Shown in pieces: positions 22,511-29,523 of a stretch of 32,000 nt of DNA (its first letter is position 1; the number at the start of each line of letters is the position of its first letter). The position numbers and the translations under genes are program-made. Source of the DNA: Planctomycetales bacterium (GTDB lineage: Bacteria > 4484-113 > JAFGCY01); NCBI GenBank assembly GCA_022646745.1, contig CP060262.1, forward strand, positions 1,530,001 through 1,562,000. Reading direction: 5' to 3'. The notes under the pieces are model-generated. The model saw only the letters and a list, made by a program, of their open reading frames with translations, did no database searches and had not been told where the DNA came from.

Positions 22511-23089
22511 TCAGGCCAGTCGCTCGACAGGAGCCCCGGCCATGCGCAGCATCGTCTGGGTCACCGTGCGGTGCCCGTTCTCATGGGCCAAAAGGAAGAA
22601 CAGCGCGCTGCCCAGCGTGCCCGGCCCCTTGGCCTCCAGCTGACTGGTGTCCTCGCCCTTCTCCCGCATGGCTGCCAGCGCCTTCTCCCAGGCCGCGACC
22701 GTGCCTGCAGTCGGCAGGGGCAGCTCGCCCATCGGCCGTTCGATCCAGGGCTGCACAAGCTTCCGGCTGGATTCCAGTGCTTCCATCACCTCACTGTGGC
22801 TGCCGGTCCGGAAGGTCCAGGGCTGGTCGATACCCGGATAGGGCCCGGCCCAGCGTTCGTAGGCATGCTCCTCCGTCCCGAGCTGCGAGACGATCCACAT
22901 CCGGATGTCCGTGATGTGCATCAGCTGCTCACCGAGGCTGAAGGCGAAGTCGCCCGCCGGGAACTCCGGCCGCCAGTCCAGAAGCTCCGGTGTCACGAAG
23001 CCGGCTATCTTCTGCGTGTAGTCCAGCATCACGCCGATGCTCCAGATCGCATCGCAGATCCTCATTTCCGCCGTGTTGTGTGTTGTCAT
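22511..23089 (-). CDS. DinB-superfamily (four-helix-bundle, His-triad) protein
   Basis: LGEQLMHITDIRMW and LLAHENGHRTVTQTML resemble the DinB/YfiT His motifs. Confidence 0.6.
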   Translation of the reverse strand: MTTHNTAEMRICDAIWSIGVMLDYTQKIAGFVTPELLDWRPEFPAGDFAFSLGEQLMHITDIRMWIVSQLGTEEHAYERWAGPYPGIDQPWTFRTGSHSEVMEALESSRKLVQPWIERPMGELPLPTAGTVAAWEKALAAMREKGEDTSQLEAKGPGTLGSALFFLLAHENGHRTVTQTMLRMAGAPVERLA

Positions 23090-23112
23090 TTCAGGTTCCT
23101 TTCAGGTATGTC

Positions 23113-23685
23113 TCAGTTGCGATCGGCTGCCGCGCCCTGCGGCCGCACCATGAAGGCCAGCACCACCCCGGCCAGCGTCCAGCTGACCATGCTGTCCATC
23201 AGCTGCAGCACCGTATGGCGCATCGGGAAGTGGTAGAAGCCGCCATCCACCCACTGCGTGCAGAAGAAGGCTGCTGCCCCGAACAGAGTGCAGAACAGGA
23301 TCCGTCCCGCGCGGCTGGAGCCTGCCGGCAGCACGCTGACGAAGATGGCAACGAGGATGCCGGCCACGATGCAGCCCAGCAGGCCGCGGATGTAGGCCCA
23401 GGGGTTTGACATGTCAAAGCCGCCGGCGCTGAAGGACATAATGCCGATGTTCGGCACGCTCTTGGCAAGCTCCATGTACTCCCCCTGCTCCATGCCCTCG
23501 TAGCTCGGGTAGTAGTTCAGCCCGTCCTTCGCACCATGCTGGATCAGCAGGGCGTCGATCTGGGCATCGTGCTTGATTCCGTTGAGGCTTTCACCGTGGA
23601 ATGGCAGCGCCATCCAGGAAATCGTCAGCCAGATGAAGATCACGAGGCCAGCCAGCGCCCCCGCAATGATGTTCATGACATTCAT
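23113..23685 (-). CDS. integral membrane protein (~4 TM), unknown function
   Basis: Start chosen at MNVMNII (ATG 23685), with AGGAG 7 nt upstream; the ORF track offers 23727. Hydrophobic helices IIAGALAGLVIFIWLTISWMAL, LLGCIVAGILVAIFVSVL, ILFCTLFGAAAFF and VSWTLAGVVLAFMV. Confidence 0.65.
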   Translation of the reverse strand: MNVMNIIAGALAGLVIFIWLTISWMALPFHGESLNGIKHDAQIDALLIQHGAKDGLNYYPSYEGMEQGEYMELAKSVPNIGIMSFSAGGFDMSNPWAYIRGLLGCIVAGILVAIFVSVLPAGSSRAGRILFCTLFGAAAFFCTQWVDGGFYHFPMRHTVLQLMDSMVSWTLAGVVLAFMVRPQGAAADRN

Positions 23686-23733
23686 ATTCCCACTCCTGAA
23701 CGAATTGTCCTGCCCTGATTCTGGCACATCCCG

Positions 23734-24081
23734 CTATTTCCCGTCCTTGTCATCCCTGTTGAGGTCCTTTTCCACATGGTCCTTCAGGCGCAGAAGCGAG
23801 CTGGACCACAGTTCGGCGTACGGACCCATCCAGCGCTCGTACACCTGCCGGATCGGCACCGTGTTCAGGTAGTTGAAGCGCTTGCGCCCCTCGCGCCTGA
23901 CCAGCACCAGCCCCGCATCCGCCAGGATGCCAAGGTGCTTCATCACGGCAAAGCGCGAAAGTTCGTCGAAAGCCCCGCACAGCTGGCCTGTCGTCCTCGG
24001 CCCCGGCTTCAGCAGATCCAGGATCCTCCGCCTCGTCGGATCCGCCAGTGCCTTGAAGACTGCATCCAGCGCATCATCCAT
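23734..24081 (-). CDS. ArsR/SmtB-family winged-helix transcriptional regulator
   Basis: FKALADPTRRRILDLL...TTGQLCGAFDELSRFAVMKHLGILADAGLVLVRREGRKRFNYLN. Confidence 0.9.
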   Translation of the reverse strand: MDDALDAVFKALADPTRRRILDLLKPGPRTTGQLCGAFDELSRFAVMKHLGILADAGLVLVRREGRKRFNYLNTVPIRQVYERWMGPYAELWSSSLLRLKDHVEKDLNRDDKDGK

Positions 24082-24082
24082 G

Positions 24083-24106
24083 ATATGTGACTAAAGGGTA
24101 ACATAT
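24083..24106. promoter_or_regulatory. inverted repeat ATATGT-n12-ACATAT abutting the arsR-like start codon (candidate operator)
   Basis: catgATATGTgactaaagggtaACATATattt. The arms are only 6 bp. Confidence 0.3.
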
Positions 24107-24247
24107 ATTTCGGATGTGTCAAGGGCGGTGTGGGAAGTTGTTAGTGGAAGAAGTGATTAGTTCCTAGTAGCAGCGGCGCATCGCTGCTGCAACCCAGCCA
24201 GTCGGTGCTGCCTTCCGTTAGAATCCACTGGGTCAAAGGATCAGCTG

Positions 24248-26326
24248 ATGAGAGTGAATGGAACCTTATATGTGCTGCTGGCAGCCATACTGCTGGGCAG
24301 TGGCTGTGCAAGGGCAGGAGTGTCGGACTCGGCACAGGAGATCAACCCCACGCAGCAGATTGCACTTGCTGGCGCGGAATCCAGCCTTGGCATCCCCGCA
24401 CCTACCGAGCTGCTGCGCATATCCAGCGCGGACCATCCCGGATTGCAGATCAATGGCAGCGCATATTCCACGTCCTTCGGGCCGCAGCTTGTGGCTGGAA
24501 ATGGGAACACTGCCATTTTCAGCCCGGACTGGAACCCGGGCGACAACGAATCGGCGATGCAGCCGGCCTGGGCGGCCTGGATGCTGGACCTGTCCGCTGA
24601 GACTGACACCAATGTGCTGAAGCTCAACTGGCTGAACGAGCCGCTTGAGGGTTACATCGCGCTGGCGGACTGGGGCAGTGACCGCTGGGTCTGGCGCAAC
24701 TTAAGCAACCCGGCGGAGCTGGAGTTCATGCCATCCGCCTCCCTGCTGCATCCGGGTGACGACTTGCTGGCCTGCGTGGTCCTGGCAACGGGGCAGGACC
24801 AGTCCGTGCTGGCAGGCATCCAGGCGGTGTTCCGTGATGACGTGCCGGGCGGCTTCATCAATGATGGCAACCCGCTCGGGATGAACCTCGAGGGCCTGTC
24901 GGACTGGGGCCGCAGCATCCCGTTCACGGATGTGTTCAAGCTGTCGCGCAGCTGGATCCCGCAGGAGGCGGATGGCTGGACCTGGGACACCGGTGAGACG
25001 CTGGACATCGATGCCAACGGCTGGGTGGCCAGCCTTGAGCCGGGGCAGGCCGCCGGCAATGTGCTTGTCACCAACAACGCGGGCAACTATCCCGAGGGTG
25101 ACTACATCTGCCTGTACGACGGCGAGGGCAGCATCAGCTGGGGCATCAACGCCAGCCTCGTGAGCGAGGAGCCCGGCCGCCAGGTGGTACACATCACCCC
25201 CGGTGCTGACAACACGGCACACCTGAAGCTCACCGCCACCAACCCGTCTGACCCCGTGCGCAACATCCGCCTGCTCCTGCCCGGCCATGAGGCTGACTAC
25301 GCAGGCAATGTCTGGAACCCGGAATTCGTTGCCACGCTCGAACCCTATTCCAGCCTGCGCTTCATGGACATGATGAACACCAACGGCACGCAGGTCGAGC
25401 ACTGGAGCGAACGCACCACGCCGCAGCATGCCAGCCAGGCCCGCAATGCCGGCATCTGCCTCGAATACATGGTGCTGCTTGCCAACCAGGCGCACAAGGA
25501 TCCCTGGTTCTGCATGCCGCACCGCGCTGATGATGACTACATCACGCAGTTCGCCAGCATGGTGCGGGACACGCTGGACCCCGAGCTGCGCATCTACATT
25601 GAGTATTCCAATGAGGTCTGGAACGGTTCATTTCCGGCGGCCGGCTATGCGCAGCAGCGCGGGCTGGAACTCGGCCTGTCGGAGAATGACTACGAGGCGC
25701 ACCTGCGCTACTACTCGCAGCGTTCAGTCGAGATCTTCGCGATCTGGGAGGATGTCTTCGCCGGGCAGGAGGACAGGCTGGTGCGCGTGATCGCCGGCCA
25801 GCATGTCAACGCCTGGGCGGCGGACCAGATCCTCGACTGGCAGGATGCCTATGCCAAGGCGGACTGCTATGCCGTCGCGCCGTACTTCGGCGGCGGGATC
25901 GGCAACTCACCGAACGCCGATGCGGCCCTGACGATGTCACTGGCTGAGATCGTGCAGTTCTGTGCGGACAGCCTGCCCCAGACCTATGCCACGATGCAGG
26001 AGAACGCGGAGGATGCGCACAGCCGCGGCTTGAAGCTGATTGCCTACGAGGGTGGCCAGCATATGGTGGGTTATGGCGAGTGGCAGAACAATGATGCGCT
26101 GACCGCCAAGCTGACCGCTGCCAACCGTGATCCCGGCATGCGCCAGGTCTACAAGGACTACCTGGACTACTGGACCCTGGCCGGCGGCGAGCGCTTCATG
26201 GCCTTTTCGCATATCGGCGGCTACGGTCGCTACGGCTCCTGGGGCGTGATGGAACGCCTGGCACAGCCACTCAGTGAAAGTCCGAAGCTTGAAGGCCTGC
26301 TGGACTGGCTGGCCACACAGCCGTGA
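24248..26326 (+). CDS. exported protein: N-terminal beta-rich domain + clan GH-A-like (beta/alpha)8 glycoside hydrolase candidate
   Basis: Signal peptide MRVNGTLYVLLAAILLGSGCARA, possibly a lipoprotein although the lipobox is atypical. YIEYSNEVWNGS fits the clan GH-A NE acid/base motif, and LIAYEGGQH is a candidate nucleophile Glu. SD-like AAAGGA upstream. Confidence 0.6.
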   Translation: MRVNGTLYVLLAAILLGSGCARAGVSDSAQEINPTQQIALAGAESSLGIPAPTELLRISSADHPGLQINGSAYSTSFGPQLVAGNGNTAIFSPDWNPGDNESAMQPAWAAWMLDLSAETDTNVLKLNWLNEPLEGYIALADWGSDRWVWRNLSNPAELEFMPSASLLHPGDDLLACVVLATGQDQSVLAGIQAVFRDDVPGGFINDGNPLGMNLEGLSDWGRSIPFTDVFKLSRSWIPQEADGWTWDTGETLDIDANGWVASLEPGQAAGNVLVTNNAGNYPEGDYICLYDGEGSISWGINASLVSEEPGRQVVHITPGADNTAHLKLTATNPSDPVRNIRLLLPGHEADYAGNVWNPEFVATLEPYSSLRFMDMMNTNGTQVEHWSERTTPQHASQARNAGICLEYMVLLANQAHKDPWFCMPHRADDDYITQFASMVRDTLDPELRIYIEYSNEVWNGSFPAAGYAQQRGLELGLSENDYEAHLRYYSQRSVEIFAIWEDVFAGQEDRLVRVIAGQHVNAWAADQILDWQDAYAKADCYAVAPYFGGGIGNSPNADAALTMSLAEIVQFCADSLPQTYATMQENAEDAHSRGLKLIAYEGGQHMVGYGEWQNNDALTAKLTAANRDPGMRQVYKDYLDYWTLAGGERFMAFSHIGGYGRYGSWGVMERLAQPLSESPKLEGLLDWLATQP

Positions 26327-26335
26327 GGGCCCGCA

Positions 26336-29300
26336 CTACGGTATCAATTCAGCTTCAATTGTGTATGCGAGATCCTCGCCACCGCTGACAATGATGTAAT
26401 AGGTCTGGCCGTTGGTGACTGGCCAGCGGGCCATCTGCGCACCGTTGGGTGTGTCGCGTTTGCCCTTGTTGACAGTGCTTGACCAGAACTGTTCGGCTAT
26501 CAGCAGGCTGAAGTTGACGGGGCTGTTCTCCCAGGGGGTCACTACAACCTGCAGCAGTCCGTCAGTGTCGGCGACGTACTTGTGATAGTCGCTGCTGTCC
26601 CGGCCCATCGGCTTGTTGTCATCATCCCCGTCCAGCGTTGCTGAAACACTGAAAGGCAGGCTGATGACGGCTGCGGCAATGGCATTGTCATTCGGTTCCA
26701 GGCTGTCATTGTCCGAGAAGCTGGCGGTGAAGTCCTGCACCACATCCGATCCGCTTACAACGACCGGCACCTTGCCGGCCGGTACAACGGACCTGTTGGC
26801 AATCTGCCACTCGATCTCGTAGTTCCCGTCAGGGTAGTAACCGAGGTCATATCCATTCGTGAATGCATCAACCGCATAGCCGGTCGTGTGGTTGACGACA
26901 TGCATGTAACTGTATCCCTCATTCATCACACCGTGGTCGAGGCTGCCGCTGATGTTGTGGACGGGGAAGCCTGCCTTGTCCAGCGACAGTGAATACGTTG
27001 ATTCACCCTGGCCCGATACTGCGACCTGGACGATGTAATCGCCCGCTGCATCAGCATCAAAATAGAAGCTGTGGCTGCCCTGCTCCTCATGCGAATACAG
27101 CAGGCTGAATGCGGGGCTGTCGTAGATCCTGGTCCTGTACGTGATGTCCTGGGAATCACTCTGGATGCTGATGGCAAGCGGATAGGCATCATCCAGTGCA
27201 AGCAGGTAGTTGTCATAGAGGTCATAGTCTGAACTGATCGTGGCCTCGAACTCGTCAGGCCAGTCCACGCTTGCAGCACCAAGCAGGTCATCATTCGGTT
27301 CATGCGAATCCTTGCCGATGCTTGCCGTTGGCGTCAGTTGAATGTCGCTGTTGCTGAACTGCACCCATTCATAGGCAGGGTTGAAGTCGGTTCCATGGCG
27401 CTGGTGGTTGACGAACACACGCTCGCCGGGCATGAAGGCAATGTCAATCGAGGCAATTCCATCGGCACCGGCGCTGTCAATGTCCGTGTAACCACCGACT
27501 TCAATCTGCACGGCCAGTTCCGCATCATCCAGCGGTTTTCCATCAAGCATGTAGTTCGCCGAAAGGTACACCGGGTCATAGCTGGCAACGTCAAGCTCAT
27601 ATGGCATCAATGTGCCTTCCATGAACACTTCAAGGTAGTAGGTCCCGGCGTCCAGTGGATTGCGGCTGCGCGCCTGCATACCAGTGACGCCGAATTTATC
27701 CAGCGTGATGTTGCTGTCGGCGGCGTCCCGCAGCCTGATTTGGCCACTGGAATAGAAATCCCTTGGGGTATGCTCCGGGAATCTCAGTCTGGCCATCAGG
27801 TGCTGGCCTCCCGGTACTTCAAAACTGAAGTAGTCGTAATCATCGCCGTTGGTCAGGTCATATCCGCCGATCCAGCCTTCAACGGGTGCAGCCAGCGGCA
27901 GGCTCAGCGGAGTGGCATTTGCCTTGTCGTCATTCGGCTCCATCGTGTCCGTCGGGGCTGTGCCCTGCATGTTGAAGTCGTAGTTCAGCGGCCCAGTGGA
28001 AAAGTCGTGTGTCGTGCTCAGCGGACTGAACACATACTGCGGATCAAGCGGGGTGATGACGGCCTCGAAGGGAGGGATATGCCGATGGTAAATCGACCCC
28101 GTGCCTTCCGTTGCCATCGTGCTGGTGACACCGTCAACCTCAACCGTCATTGTCGTTGTGTATAGCTCTTCATACAGACCGTCATCCCCGTCGCCCGGTC
28201 CGCCGCCATCCCCGAGGTACACGAGCATTTCCTGTGGCTGTCCGCTGTGGATGCTGAGCGAGTAGCTCCCTCCACCGCCCTGGCAGTCCACCTTGACGAT
28301 GTACTCGCCGCTGCGCTGGAAGTAGTAACCGATCCAGTTGGCTCCGTAGAGAACGTCGTTTGAGTATGTGGCATCCTTGTTCGGATCGACGAACAGCTGC
28401 AGTCCGGGAAACAGGATGCCGTCATCGCCAACATACTGGACGTAGTACCAGCCCTCCGCAGGGATGCTGAATGCATAGCAGTCAATTTCGTCATCGAGGA
28501 TGCTCAGCGTTGCATCCAGCAGCGGACCGGCACCGAAGTCATAGCGGTTCTCCTGGAAATCATTCGGCTCGAATGCATCAGTTTCAACAAATCCGCTGGT
28601 CTTGGGGCTGCAACGCAATTCAATGCCAGCCAGGTCCGCATCCGCGACCGTGAAGTTCTGTGCGGCAGGGAAGAACTCATAGCCGCTGATCGATGCCATC
28701 AGCGTCCAGTTTCCATTCGGGATCGCATTCAGCGTGAAAGACCCATCCGGCTCGGTCAGAACGGCCTGCGGATCAAGCAGGTTCGTGGTGACCAGCGCGC
28801 CGGCGACCGGATTGTCCTCCATGTCCAGCACGACCCCGCTCACATCGTAGCGATTCAGGTAGTCAATGCTCACGCTCTCCACGCTGAAGACCGGATCCTC
28901 ATCAGCCAGCACGGCCACGTAGACAAACCCGGCCGGGGAGCTGTGCTGTCCCGGGTTGCCCACCAGCGGTGTGCTGAATGAACTGCCGTCACCTTCACTG
29001 CCCAGCCATTCCCAGCGCCCGCTGGAGTAGTCCGCAATTCCTATCCAGTAATGTGAGCCGGGATCCGCCGTCGTGATTGCCACGTTCACGAGGCCGATAC
29101 TGTCCTGCGGAGTGCCCGGAAAGCGCCAGATCGCGAACTCGCTCTGCCCGTTCGGTGTGAATGTTGCCAGAAAACCCGCCTTGCTCACGTCGTTGCTTGC
29201 GTCGTGGTAACCGGCACCGTCCTGGCTGAGGCTTGATATTGCCGGAACCCTTGTCGGGATGAAGCTGCCGTCCTGCGGCAGAGCTGCCCGGAAAATCTCG

Positions 29301-29434
29301 GTTCCCGCAGCGGTATCCTCGATGGCCGCCGGAGTAAGTCTCGTTTGGATTCCCTCGTTGGAACCTGGTTTGGCTCCTCCTCCGCAGGCAGTGAGCAGGC
29401 TGATCACAAGCAGCAGGACAGTCAGAATGCGCAT
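26336..29434 (-). CDS. 1032-aa lipoprotein: N-terminal domain + 4 x (CarboxypepD_reg-like beta-sandwich + PPC/pre-peptidase-C-terminal-like 'EPND' domain), no catalytic domain seen
   Basis: Lipobox LLTAC (Cys17). EPND motifs at aa 289, 499, 712 and 913. PPC-like pattern EPND...D.DxY.F......G.Y......G....Y.L. A CarboxypepD_reg-like segment YDVSGVVLDMEDNPVAGALVTT...DGSFTLNAIPNGNWTLMASISGY. Confidence 0.8.
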   Translation of the reverse strand: MRILTVLLLVISLLTACGGGAKPGSNEGIQTRLTPAAIEDTAAGTEIFRAALPQDGSFIPTRVPAISSLSQDGAGYHDASNDVSKAGFLATFTPNGQSEFAIWRFPGTPQDSIGLVNVAITTADPGSHYWIGIADYSSGRWEWLGSEGDGSSFSTPLVGNPGQHSSPAGFVYVAVLADEDPVFSVESVSIDYLNRYDVSGVVLDMEDNPVAGALVTTNLLDPQAVLTEPDGSFTLNAIPNGNWTLMASISGYEFFPAAQNFTVADADLAGIELRCSPKTSGFVETDAFEPNDFQENRYDFGAGPLLDATLSILDDEIDCYAFSIPAEGWYYVQYVGDDGILFPGLQLFVDPNKDATYSNDVLYGANWIGYYFQRSGEYIVKVDCQGGGGSYSLSIHSGQPQEMLVYLGDGGGPGDGDDGLYEELYTTTMTVEVDGVTSTMATEGTGSIYHRHIPPFEAVITPLDPQYVFSPLSTTHDFSTGPLNYDFNMQGTAPTDTMEPNDDKANATPLSLPLAAPVEGWIGGYDLTNGDDYDYFSFEVPGGQHLMARLRFPEHTPRDFYSSGQIRLRDAADSNITLDKFGVTGMQARSRNPLDAGTYYLEVFMEGTLMPYELDVASYDPVYLSANYMLDGKPLDDAELAVQIEVGGYTDIDSAGADGIASIDIAFMPGERVFVNHQRHGTDFNPAYEWVQFSNSDIQLTPTASIGKDSHEPNDDLLGAASVDWPDEFEATISSDYDLYDNYLLALDDAYPLAISIQSDSQDITYRTRIYDSPAFSLLYSHEEQGSHSFYFDADAAGDYIVQVAVSGQGESTYSLSLDKAGFPVHNISGSLDHGVMNEGYSYMHVVNHTTGYAVDAFTNGYDLGYYPDGNYEIEWQIANRSVVPAGKVPVVVSGSDVVQDFTASFSDNDSLEPNDNAIAAAVISLPFSVSATLDGDDDNKPMGRDSSDYHKYVADTDGLLQVVVTPWENSPVNFSLLIAEQFWSSTVNKGKRDTPNGAQMARWPVTNGQTYYIIVSGGEDLAYTIEAELIP

Positions 29435-29523
29435 CCGGAACCTCTCAGTAGAACATTTCTTGCAGGTGACTACATTTTAGCGAATACCCGGACGGGCTAG
29501 CCGGCGGTGAATCCCTACTGCTG

